32,000 nt of DNA from Vibrio vulnificus CMCP6 (GCF_000039765.1 NC_004460.2:750001-782000); one strand, 5' to 3'; positions 15,974 through 24,469 are shown, numbered from the stretch's first letter. The notes: generated by a model from the sequence alone, not told the origin. Translations and numbers: made by a program.

Positions 15974-16001
15974 AATAATTCGTTATTTCCGAAGTGTTGT
16001 C

Positions 16002-17048
16002 TTACTTCTCTTTACCAAACACATTGTTCTCTTGCTCAAGAACGCGGATGAATGTGGTGCGTTTTGTTAGCTCGCGAAGCTCCGCTGCGCCTACGTAGGT
16101 ACAGGTTGAGCGTACGCCGCCAAGGATGTCTTGAATGGTGCCGTGAACACTGCCACGGTAAGGCAACAGTACGGTTTTTCCTTCTGCAGCGCGATAGCCT
16201 GCAACACCACCAGAATGCTTGTCCATCGCGCTCTTTGAAGACATGCCGTAGAATTTCATGTAACTTTCGCCGTCTTTTAGCACGATTTCACCGCCTGATT
16301 CTTCGTGGCCAGCGAGCATGCCGCCTAACATCACGAAATCTGCACCGCCGCCGAAGGCTTTCGCTACATCACCTGCACACGCACAACCACCGTCACCGAT
16401 AATACGGCCACCAAGACCGTGCGCGGCATCGGCACACTCAATAATGGCAGAAAGCTGAGGGTAACCAACGCCCGTTTTCACGCGAGTGGTACATACTGAA
16501 CCTGGGCCGATACCCACTTTAACGATGTCTGCGCCAGCAAGGATCAGCTCTTCTACCATATCGCCAGTGACGACGTTACCGGCTGAGATCACTTTGTCTG
16601 GGAACGCGGCGCGAACTTGCTGAACGTATTGCACTAGGTGCTCTGAATAGCCGTTGGCGATATCGATACAGATGAAAATCAGCTCATCGGAAAGCGCCAT
16701 GACATCTTTGGTTTTTTGGAAGTCAGCTTCCGATGTGCCGGTTGAAACCATTACTTTGTTCAAGGTTTCGCTGTCAGCGTCTTTGACGAAATCGGCCCAA
16801 TCTTGAACGGTGTAGTGTTTGTGGATGGCGGTCATTACACCGTGCTGAGAAAGTGCTTTCGCCATTTCGAAGCTGCCCACAGAGTCCATATTGGCAGCAA
16901 TGACAGGCACGCCAGACCATTGACGACCACTATGTTTGAATGTAAACTCGCGGGTTAAATTTACTTGAGAACGGCTTTTCAGGGTAGAACGTTTCGGGCG
17001 AAACAGGACATCTTTAAAACCTAACTTAAGTTCTTGTTCGATACGCAT
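16002..17048 (-). CDS. guaC: GMP reductase
   Basis: From ATG 17048 (SD AAGGA): [29 protein letters not shown]... 348 aa, with IMPDH/GMPR-fold motifs ([11 protein letters not shown]). The listed ORF has a 19-codon upstream extension. Confidence 0.95.
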   Translation of the reverse strand: MRIEQELKLGFKDVLFRPKRSTLKSRSQVNLTREFTFKHSGRQWSGVPVIAANMDSVGSFEMAKALSQHGVMTAIHKHYTVQDWADFVKDADSETLNKVMVSTGTSEADFQKTKDVMALSDELIFICIDIANGYSEHLVQYVQQVRAAFPDKVISAGNVVTGDMVEELILAGADIVKVGIGPGSVCTTRVKTGVGYPQLSAIIECADAAHGLGGRIIGDGGCACAGDVAKAFGGGADFVMLGGMLAGHEESGGEIVLKDGESYMKFYGMSSKSAMDKHSGGVAGYRAAEGKTVLLPYRGSVHGTIQDILGGVRSTCTYVGAAELRELTKRTTFIRVLEQENNVFGKEK

Positions 17049-17137
17049 TGTGTAATTCCTTGATTCATAACTTGTATGTGTCATCGCAGAGTGCGTAGTA
17101 ACCAAGTTGGCAGACGAGGTTACTGTTCTTCGGACAC

Positions 17138-17170
17138 AAAAAAACCGGAGCGTTGGCAGACGCTCCGGTT
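17138..17170 (-). terminator. Intrinsic-terminator-like hairpin in the guaC 5' region
   Basis: accggagcg / cgctccggt 9-bp stem (17145-17153 / 17162-17170). There is a U7 run on the minus strand (17139-17145) and T4 on the plus strand. It lies about 90 nt upstream of the guaC ATG. Confidence 0.6.
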
Positions 17171-17177
17171 TTCAGCA

Positions 17178-17205
17178 TTATAGGTCGCGATTTTTTTTCG
17201 ACAAG
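17178..17205 (-). promoter_or_regulatory. Sigma70-like promoter (TTGTCG-N16-TATAAT) facing guaC
   Basis: On the minus strand: TTGTCG (17205-17200), a 16-nt spacer, then TATAAT (17183-17178). The predicted start lies only a few nt before the hairpin at 17170-17145. Confidence 0.4.
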
Positions 17206-17322
17206 TCTGATTTTTTAAATTTTTTTGTGCTACCATCGCAGAGATTCCATACCCACTCCCCCTGATTTCTCTCTTAATTTCTTTTTTATCTTTTAATTCA
17301 TGCCGTTAGTTAAGAAACCGTT

Positions 17323-17336
17323 CGCAAACGCTTGCG
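17323..17336. promoter_or_regulatory. PurR-like (LacI-family) palindrome
   Basis: cgcaaacgcttgcg. The core GCAAACGCTTGC differs at one position from the GCAAACGTTTGC PurR-box core. It lies in the guaC/omp divergent intergenic region. Confidence 0.35.
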
Positions 17337-17550
17337 CAATGCTTTGGCTATTTGTTCACCCATATCCGTTTTTTTCTCAAGATGTGACCTAAACGAGGTG
17401 ATCGCTGCTTATCAACCTTCTCACTTTTTTGTTAACCCGCCTAAACTTTTAGTATGAAAAGCGGACTGTTTTTTGCTTAGTAAGGTATTAAGGAATAAAC
17501 AAGGAACACTTTTGCCGCTCGGCAAATGAACAACAAAGGCAGTGTCGATA

Positions 17551-18102
17551 ATGAAAAAACTCTCTTTAATCACTCTTGCATTAGTGACTACGCTTCCTGC
17601 TGCGGCATACGCAAAAGGGGAAATGGGCTCCATGTACACCAACGTGGGAGCAACAATGGTAAGCAATGGCAACGAAGAAGAACTCGCTTACTTTTTCCAA
17701 GTCGGCTACAACCACCGCATTACCGATTTTCTTTCCGCTGACGTGAGTTATAAAAAGGTAGAAACGGTAAACAGCAGTGTGGCGGCCAACTCGAAAGATT
17801 TTGTACAAACCTATAACGCGTATGGTGTGGGCTTGAGGGTCGATCAACACCTTGGCGCGCTCAGTATCTACGGAAAAGCTGGGGCAAGTTACATTGAGTC
17901 AGAGTTGACGAAGTGGGACACGGTGACGTCTGCGGAAAAAACCACCACGGATGACAGCTTTAAACCTTATGCAAGTGCAGGCGTGAGCTTAGCCTCTCCG
18001 TTTGATCAACGTTTAACGCTAGATGCCGCTGTCACTTATCAGATGCTGCCGAATGATGAGCACGCTACCTCAGTGAGTGCTGGCGTGAAGTTCTCGTTCT
18101 AA
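17551..18102 (+). CDS. Small outer-membrane beta-barrel protein (OmpW/OmpX/opacity-like)
   Basis: Signal peptide MKKLSLITLALVTTLPAAAYA. Alternating amphipathic strands. C-terminus ...SAGVKFSF ends in an aromatic residue. Confidence 0.7.
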   Translation: MKKLSLITLALVTTLPAAAYAKGEMGSMYTNVGATMVSNGNEEELAYFFQVGYNHRITDFLSADVSYKKVETVNSSVAANSKDFVQTYNAYGVGLRVDQHLGALSIYGKAGASYIESELTKWDTVTSAEKTTTDDSFKPYASAGVSLASPFDQRLTLDAAVTYQMLPNDEHATSVSAGVKFSF

Positions 18103-18119
18103 GCGGTTCCGGTCCAAGC

Positions 18120-18173
18120 GGCAGAACTTTCTGCCTGTTCAATGTGCTCAAACCGCCATCGTGGTGGTTTGAG
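18120..18173 (+). terminator. Two stem-loops after the OMP gene (probable terminator region)
   Basis: ggcaga/tctgcc (18120-18135) and ctcaaaccgcca/tggtggtttgag (18147-18173, with one G-U pair). The T-tracts are weak. Confidence 0.45.
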
Positions 18174-18296
18174 TCTATATTCATTTGTCTCTGCCTCACC
18201 TTAACGCTGAGGCAAATGGGGTGAACTCGATACTGGACAAACTCGGTGAAAGATAAGTTGCCAAAATGCAAGTCGTCACAATGTTGCGGGATAGGT

Positions 18297-19784
18297 TCAA
18301 TCAGCGTTCAGCAACTGACGAATTTTGTCGAACAAATCGGAGGCCAGTAAACCTATCTCCCCTTTTTCCGTCGCGCAAATATCCGCCGCACAACTGTGTA
18401 AAAGCACGCCTAGCGATGCGGCTCTCAATAATGGCAGCTTCTGTGCCAATAACGCACCGATCACTCCGGAAAGCACATCGCCCATTCCCCCCGTAGCCAT
18501 GCCAGGGTTGCCAGCGCTACACGCGAAAGTCTGTGTACCATCACAAATAAGAGTGCCAGCCCCCTTAAGGACCACCACTCCTCCGTATTGGCTTTGCAAT
18601 ACTGAAATCGCGGCAAATCGATCGGCTTCGACTTCATTAACGCTACAGCCGAGCAACCTTGCGGCTTCTCCCGGATGCGGGGTAATAATGCGCCGATCAT
18701 TGTGGTTTGGGTAGCGCGCAAGCCAGTTCAAAGCATCGGCATCTAACACCATTGGCCCTTGGAAATTGGCAATGTCGTTCCAACGTTTTTTTGCCCATTC
18801 ATCGGTTCCTAAACCCGGCCCCACCACGAGTACATCGGCCCAATCGAGTTTCTTTTCGAGCTCTCTCTTGTCTTCGTTATAGCCCAGCGTCATCACTTCA
18901 GGGCAATGAATTTGCAGCGGCAAGGCGGATTCTGGATGCGTCAGCGCGGCCACCAAACCTGCGCCACTGCGCGCGCAAGCGGTTGCCGCTAATGAGATTG
19001 CCCCAGACATGCCGCGGTTACCCCCGAGCAACACAACACGTCCATGGTCGCCTTTATGAGCGCAGCGGTCTCTGGTAAGTCGCCATTGAGCAATCTCATC
19101 ACGCTCAATCGTCATCTTGAAACTCGGGACTAATTTGGAAAATTCAGCACCGACGCCAAGGTCAGCAAAATGTATCGCACCACAAAACGCTCTCGCTTTT
19201 CCCGTGACGAGCCCTTGTTTGGTGCCAATGAAGGTGACGGTGTGATCGGCATGAATAGCGTCAGGAAGCGCTTGGCCAGTATCAGCACAAAGTCCGGACG
19301 GAATATCCACTGACACAATCGGTTTTCCCGCGAGGTTGACCGTGTCTATGACCTTGGCCATCTTTTCACGAACAGCGCCTGCTAGGCCTGTACCCAGCAG
19401 AGCATCCACCACCAAATCGCAGTCCGAAAGTGCCGCGTTGAGGCTGGCGGTGTCAGATATTTCTCCTCCAGCGTCTCGCCACGCTTGCTGCGCTTGTTTG
19501 GCATCTCCGCTTAGACTCTCTGCATTGCCACTTTGAATAAGTACCACATGCAAACCTTGCTGACGAGCTAATCGCGCAACCACATAGCCATCACCGCCAT
19601 TGTTTCCCTTGCCACACACCACACATAAGCGTGATACCGCAGGGTAATAGTTAAGGATCACAGCAAATGTAGCGCGCCCTGCTCTTTCCATCAGCTCATA
19701 GAGTGTCACGCCCGCATTGGCGGCAGCGCCCACTTCCCCTTCTCTTACTTGCTTTGCGGTATACAGTGCTTTGCGTAAATCCAT
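18297..19784 (-). CDS. nnr: Bifunctional NAD(P)H-hydrate repair enzyme (epimerase plus ADP-dependent dehydratase, YjeF)
   Basis: YjeF_N region (CGKGNNGGDGYVVAR) and C-terminal carbohydrate-kinase-like region (GGMGDVLSG). ATG 19784 follows AAGGTG. The listed ORF starts 3 codons earlier at a GTG. Confidence 0.9.
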   Translation of the reverse strand: MDLRKALYTAKQVREGEVGAAANAGVTLYELMERAGRATFAVILNYYPAVSRLCVVCGKGNNGGDGYVVARLARQQGLHVVLIQSGNAESLSGDAKQAQQAWRDAGGEISDTASLNAALSDCDLVVDALLGTGLAGAVREKMAKVIDTVNLAGKPIVSVDIPSGLCADTGQALPDAIHADHTVTFIGTKQGLVTGKARAFCGAIHFADLGVGAEFSKLVPSFKMTIERDEIAQWRLTRDRCAHKGDHGRVVLLGGNRGMSGAISLAATACARSGAGLVAALTHPESALPLQIHCPEVMTLGYNEDKRELEKKLDWADVLVVGPGLGTDEWAKKRWNDIANFQGPMVLDADALNWLARYPNHNDRRIITPHPGEAARLLGCSVNEVEADRFAAISVLQSQYGGVVVLKGAGTLICDGTQTFACSAGNPGMATGGMGDVLSGVIGALLAQKLPLLRAASLGVLLHSCAADICATEKGEIGLLASDLFDKIRQLLNAD

Positions 19785-19840
19785 GGCAGACACCTTATTT
19801 TTCGCGTTACTGAAATCTCTACGATGACTATAGACGAAAA

Positions 19841-19860
19841 AGCCAAGGAAAACCTTGGCT
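19841..19860 (-). terminator. Rho-independent terminator after the PAS gene
   Basis: agccaagg-aaaa-ccttggct 8-bp stem, followed on the minus strand by TTTTT. Confidence 0.75.
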
Positions 19861-19895
19861 TAAAAGAGAGTTTGCACAAATTGCTCGACAAAATG

Positions 19896-20336
19896 CTATT
19901 GATGTTGCTGCGCCATGATCGCTTCTGCGGTGGCATCTTGTATGGAGAGAAACAGTGATTTCACTTGCCCCGTGGGTGTGCGCATCGGGTTGAGAGTCAC
20001 GTTTTGGTACATGAACTCCGCTTGCTGTGTCACTGGGCGTACGTTGCGGCAGCGGAACAAATACGGGCGCTGACGCCAGGTGATAAAGCTACGACAGCCC
20101 AAGTTGTACACAGGCTTGGTTTTTAATTTGAACCATTCTTGGGGGATCTCTGGAAAGAGTTCAAAGATCGATTTGCCAATGGCGTCGTGCGCTTGTTTGC
20201 CACTGTGGTGCGTCATAAATCCATTCCACACTTGCACATTGTAATCGGTATCCAACACGATCAAACCCATGTCGACGTTTTGCACCATGTCCACCATCCA
20301 GTGGAACTGTTCAAATTCTGCAGGAAGATTAAGCAT
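19896..20336 (-). CDS. Stand-alone PAS-domain protein
   Basis: 146 aa. GLIVLDTDYNVQVWNGFMTHHSGKQAHDAIGKSIFELFPE is a PAS-type N-cap/core. The ATG overlaps the upstream stop (TAATG). Confidence 0.65.
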   Translation of the reverse strand: MLNLPAEFEQFHWMVDMVQNVDMGLIVLDTDYNVQVWNGFMTHHSGKQAHDAIGKSIFELFPEIPQEWFKLKTKPVYNLGCRSFITWRQRPYLFRCRNVRPVTQQAEFMYQNVTLNPMRTPTGQVKSLFLSIQDATAEAIMAQQHQ

Positions 20337-21340
20337 TAGAAGTCCTCCATCAGATAAGCGAGTTTGTTGTCTAACAACGGCAGTGACTCATCAACGAACA
20401 TAAACAGCAAGTCACAACGAATCGACGTATTTTCAATGGTATAACTCACTTCAAACGTCATGGTTTTAGTAAATGAGCCGGTAGTATTTTCAATCACAGA
20501 ATCAATTGATATGTGCTGACCTAACAAGACAGGAGAGCTTTGGAAAAAACGCACTTCCGCTTGCTGCCCTAAGCCATTCAGGAAGGAGCCAACTAAGATA
20601 TTGGAAACGTCCATAAGAAGCTCGAGCTCTTCCAGTTCTTCGCTGTCTGCCGGTACTTTCATCAGTTTTTTCAGGTCGGCAACACTGGAATCGCTGAGCA
20701 AGACGAGTGCCTCTCCCGCAATCCCTTCACCACTGAAACCTTGGCATACGCCGGAAACGTTGTCACTTTCCGCCAAATCGCGCAGCGCCATGTGCAGCTC
20801 GCTGAGCTCAAAGATATTCACGTTCGGTAGCGGCAAGTTTACAAACACATCAAAGTGCCTTGCCAACGCATCTGCAGCGCGACCAATGGAAACGTTCGCC
20901 ACTTCCATGTAGATGTCACGGCGACGTAAAATCGGCAATTCGATGGTTCTTGGCGTGACAACTTGCGGCACCGATGCTGGCTCCACCAACTCTTTGAGTG
21001 TCGCTTTCAGTTCATCTTGGCCGATCGGCTTTTGAATAAATGCCTTAGCTCCCAGTGCGAAAACGCGTTCTTTCGCTTTGGGTTGGATATCGCCGGAGAC
21101 AACGATAACGGGCGTATTGTCACCACGGTTTCGCATTTCTTCTAATGTTCCAAAGCCATCCAGCTCTGGCATGGTGAGATCAAGGAACATTAATTTAAAT
21201 TGTTTTTGGCTCAGTTCTTCTAATGCGTTAAGACCATGCACTGCGAATGTAATATCCGCATTCAAAGAAGCAGGTAGTGAGCGAGCCATTTGCTTTCGAG
21301 CAAGCGCTGAGTCATCACAGATGAGTACAGGAAAAGACAT
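20336..21340 (-). CDS. Response regulator: REC domain fused to a CheC/CheX-like domain
   Basis: REC domain: VLICDDSALARKQ...MFLDLTMPELDG...VIVVSG...K. C-terminal EVANVSIGRAADALARHF and DVSNILVGSFLNGL resemble the twin CheC-family motifs. Confidence 0.7.
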   Translation of the reverse strand: MSFPVLICDDSALARKQMARSLPASLNADITFAVHGLNALEELSQKQFKLMFLDLTMPELDGFGTLEEMRNRGDNTPVIVVSGDIQPKAKERVFALGAKAFIQKPIGQDELKATLKELVEPASVPQVVTPRTIELPILRRRDIYMEVANVSIGRAADALARHFDVFVNLPLPNVNIFELSELHMALRDLAESDNVSGVCQGFSGEGIAGEALVLLSDSSVADLKKLMKVPADSEELEELELLMDVSNILVGSFLNGLGQQAEVRFFQSSPVLLGQHISIDSVIENTTGSFTKTMTFEVSYTIENTSIRCDLLFMFVDESLPLLDNKLAYLMEDF

Positions 21341-21573
21341 TCAACCACCCTTTTGACAGGTATTCCACTGCAACAAGTTTAACAGATAGATACTAAATGA
21401 CGTACGGAAACTGACGTATTTATTATTGTTGTTCGCTATAAGTATGAACGTTATTTAACGAGAATACGAAATAACTTCTAGGGTGGGAACGATTTTCTAT
21501 GGCCTCGGTAACAAAAATCTTTTAAATAAGAATTAGTTAAGGAAAAGCGTTTAACTTTTGTTCGTTTTCCATA

Positions 21574-21608
21574 CAAAAAGAGAAAGCGCCCAACGAATTA
21601 GGCGCTTT
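21574..21608 (-). terminator. Rho-independent terminator after the 81-aa membrane protein gene
   Basis: aaagcgcc / ggcgcttt stem (21583-21590 / 21601-21608), followed on the minus strand by CTCTTTTT. Confidence 0.7.
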
Positions 21609-21622
21609 TGATTGAGAATGTA

Positions 21623-21868
21623 TTAAAGAGTGTAGACAGGGAAAATGATCATTAGGCCAAAACGCATTACCACTGCAAACAGACACAAACCAATGCCAAG
21701 GCGATACCATTTAAACTCACTGATCGACATCGGAATGCGTTTGTAGAACATCGTTGCAATTCCTCGCCAATCTTGGCTGCGTTTTCCATACTGAATAACG
21801 CCTGTTAGCACGAAAAGTATGCCTAGCAACAGTATGGCTTTTTCAAGCATGTATAAACCCGCTTCCAT
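21623..21868 (-). CDS. Small hypothetical membrane protein (81 aa)
   Basis: Two or three hydrophobic segments (AILLLGILFVLTGVI and LGIGLCLFAVVMRFGLMIIF). It has its own terminator. No family recognised. Confidence 0.5.
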   Translation of the reverse strand: MEAGLYMLEKAILLLGILFVLTGVIQYGKRSQDWRGIATMFYKRIPMSISEFKWYRLGIGLCLFAVVMRFGLMIIFPVYTL

Positions 21869-22013
21869 GTGATCCCTCTCATCTACCGCTATTGTTACTG
21901 CTTGGTATCATAGTAGCGGTATGAGGCAAAGAGATCTCTTGGACTTAAGTCTTAGTTAACCTGATTAGCAAGATGAAGCCCAATAAACGTCAACATCGAC
22001 CAAGCATGTTGCG

Positions 22014-22646
22014 TTACTTTAGTTCACCATAGCGTTCAAGAAACAGCACTGTCGCCGCGGTGCGCGAAGGCACTTTGAGTTTTTTCAACAAGCTCTTCAT
22101 GTGCACTTTGACCGTCGATTCAGAGATAAACAATCGGTCTGCGATCTGCTTGTTGCGAAAACCACGCGCCACTTCTTGTAGAATTTGGCGCTCACGCTCG
22201 GTCAGTTCATCAAAGACATCGGTGTTCTCTTCACGCTGCAGCAAATATTTCGCGACAACGCTGCTGTAGGCTTTGTCGCCCAAGTGCGCTTTCTCAAGCA
22301 ACTCTACCAGCTCATCGGGCTCAGTATCTTTCAGAAGGTAGCCATCCGCGCCTGCTTTTACGATGGCTTCGATGTCAGCGGGGCTATCTGATACGGTTAA
22401 GATAACGATACTGGCTTCACAGCCATCAGCTCGCAATGCTTTTAAGGTATCCAAACCAGACATACCTTTCATGTTGAGATCCAACAAGATGAGGTCTAAT
22501 TCGTTTTCATGCGCTTTAGCAACGGCCTCAGTGCCATTACTGGCTTCTGCGACCACTTCAAATTGCTCTTCAAAGCTTAATAGTTGGTTAATACCACGAC
22601 GCATCAAGGGATGATCGTCCACCAACATTACTCTACACACCGTCAA
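22014..22646 (-). CDS. narP: Nitrate/nitrite response regulator NarP (NarL/FixJ family)
   Basis: VMLVDDHPLMRRG REC domain plus a LuxR-type HTH (LTERERQILQEVARGFRNKQIADRLFISESTVKVH). 210 aa. It overlaps the narQ stop. Confidence 0.9.
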   Translation of the reverse strand: MTVCRVMLVDDHPLMRRGINQLLSFEEQFEVVAEASNGTEAVAKAHENELDLILLDLNMKGMSGLDTLKALRADGCEASIVILTVSDSPADIEAIVKAGADGYLLKDTEPDELVELLEKAHLGDKAYSSVVAKYLLQREENTDVFDELTERERQILQEVARGFRNKQIADRLFISESTVKVHMKSLLKKLKVPSRTAATVLFLERYGELK

Positions 22647-24358
22647 ATTCGTGTTTCCTTAATACGTTGATATTTTAACACTACAGCACAACCATTCTGT
22701 GGCGATGCGGTGACCGATAACGATCCGTTCAAACGCGCTGCTCGCTCTTGCATGATGGACATTCCGTAGTGATTCAATTTCTGGTTACACTGATCAAACC
22801 CTACCCCATCATCACTCACGGATACCGTGACCCACTCCCCTTCTTCACAACATTCGATCCGAATGTTGGCAGCTTTAGAGTGTTTAATGGCGTTGATGGT
22901 GGCTTCACGAATCAGTTGCAACAAATGCACTTGTTGGTGAGCGTCCAGTTCCACCGACGAAAGATCATTGGTTAAATGAATCTCCGCTTCCGTTTGATCC
23001 CCTAGTTGCACCACCATTTCTTGTAGCGCTTGACCAAAGGTGCCTTCTTTAATCGTGAGTCGGAAAGTCGTCAGCAGTTCGCGTAATTGGGTATATGCCG
23101 ACGACAGTCCAGTATCTAATTCTGCAATCACTTGATTGGTGCGCGCTAGTTGAGGCTCATCGTTCAACTTCGCGACACTGCGTTTGAGCAATGATACCTG
23201 AATCTTGAGGTAAGAAAGAGATTGTGCCAACGAATCATGTAACTCACGCGCAATCGTCGCTCGTTCTTCCATCAAAAGTAGTTGTTCCGCTTGTCTTTGC
23301 GCCTGATTGTAGTAGACCGCACGCGATAGAATTTGCACGAAGTTGTCGATCAACGCTTGATCTGGGCACGGCAAACCGCTGCACCAATGCAAATACCCTA
23401 GGTGTTGCCCATCGAGCGTTAACGCTTTTTGATTACAACGCCCGACGCATTTAGGGCCTTCAGTGAGCACCAAGTTACGCTCGCCGATCTCTTCAATCTC
23501 TAATTTGGCGGACACAATGCCTTCGATACTCACAATGTGTCTCAAAATCGCTTGGAAGTTCTCTTGGCTGATGCGTGACGCCGTCAGCTCTTGAGAGGAA
23601 TGATACAGCACCTGAAGAGACTGATTGGCGTGTTGCAGCTTGTGCGTCTTCTCATTCACCGCTTGTTCCAAACCTCGGTAGAGTTTACCCAGGTCAGCCG
23701 CCATATTGTTGAAGGTTCTGGTGAGGATACCCATTTCATTATCACTGGTGACATTGAGGGAAACATCAAACGAGCGCGATTGAATTTGCTCACTGGCGGT
23801 GACCATCGCCTTGAGTGGCGTAACCACTTCACGACGCACAAAGTGAACAACAAAAATGCTCACCAATAAAATCCCACCCAAGCCTAAACCACCGACCCAA
23901 GCGAGCTTGATCAGCTTTTGCTCGGAAAAATGTTGCAGCTTAAAAACAAAAGCGTCAATTTGTGAAACAAAGCCAGCGACCAAAACCAAGTAGCGTTCTC
24001 TATCTTTACTTTGCAGCACTTCTTTTAATTCGTGCCAACGCATGATCAAACGATAGTAGTCGTGGGTAATGTCATCAGGCACTGTCCAATTTTGCAGTGC
24101 TTTCATGGAAGGCGAGTATATCGAACGCTCAAACAAATAGATGTGAGAGGAATAATCCTGCGCATTGATTTGAATATCATGGGCTAAACGGTAGCTTTGC
24201 ATGCGCATCGAGCCTGCCACGTTGACTGCCTCGGCATCATTCAAGCTAGAAGCTAGGTTGATAATTGCAAAACTGGTCGTTGCAATAGATAACAGCAAGA
24301 TCAAGCCCATTGCCTTCGCAATCGTGCTTGTTACTGACTTTTTCACCGTTTTTAGCAA
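22643..24358 (-). CDS. narQ: Nitrate/nitrite sensor histidine kinase NarQ
   Basis: Periplasmic P-box VNVAGSMRMQSYRLA, a HAMP domain, the H-box IARELHDSLAQSLSYL, and an HATPase region. 571 aa. Confidence 0.9.
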   Translation of the reverse strand: MLKTVKKSVTSTIAKAMGLILLLSIATTSFAIINLASSLNDAEAVNVAGSMRMQSYRLAHDIQINAQDYSSHIYLFERSIYSPSMKALQNWTVPDDITHDYYRLIMRWHELKEVLQSKDRERYLVLVAGFVSQIDAFVFKLQHFSEQKLIKLAWVGGLGLGGILLVSIFVVHFVRREVVTPLKAMVTASEQIQSRSFDVSLNVTSDNEMGILTRTFNNMAADLGKLYRGLEQAVNEKTHKLQHANQSLQVLYHSSQELTASRISQENFQAILRHIVSIEGIVSAKLEIEEIGERNLVLTEGPKCVGRCNQKALTLDGQHLGYLHWCSGLPCPDQALIDNFVQILSRAVYYNQAQRQAEQLLLMEERATIARELHDSLAQSLSYLKIQVSLLKRSVAKLNDEPQLARTNQVIAELDTGLSSAYTQLRELLTTFRLTIKEGTFGQALQEMVVQLGDQTEAEIHLTNDLSSVELDAHQQVHLLQLIREATINAIKHSKAANIRIECCEEGEWVTVSVSDDGVGFDQCNQKLNHYGMSIMQERAARLNGSLSVTASPQNGCAVVLKYQRIKETRI

Positions 24359-24455
24359 TTTATAACCTCTTCACTAACAAAACGGCAGCGAAGCCTCTCC
24401 GTTTCACGTTTTTCTGTTAACAATATCAATATGTGATCACTCTCGCCGGAATTTA

Positions 24456-24469
24456 TTGATCTAAAACAA
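24456..24469. promoter_or_regulatory. FNR-like box TTGATctaaAACAA upstream of napF
   Basis: It matches TTGAT-N4-ATCAA at 9 of 10 positions. Its centre is about 29 bp upstream of the NarP site. Confidence 0.5.

Noticed and set aside
21877-21925. Long imperfect hairpin (ctcatctaccgcta...tagcggtatgag) between narP and the 81-aa gene
   Set aside because: It has a bulged stem, a long loop and no U-run. I cannot tell a weak terminator from a chance structure.
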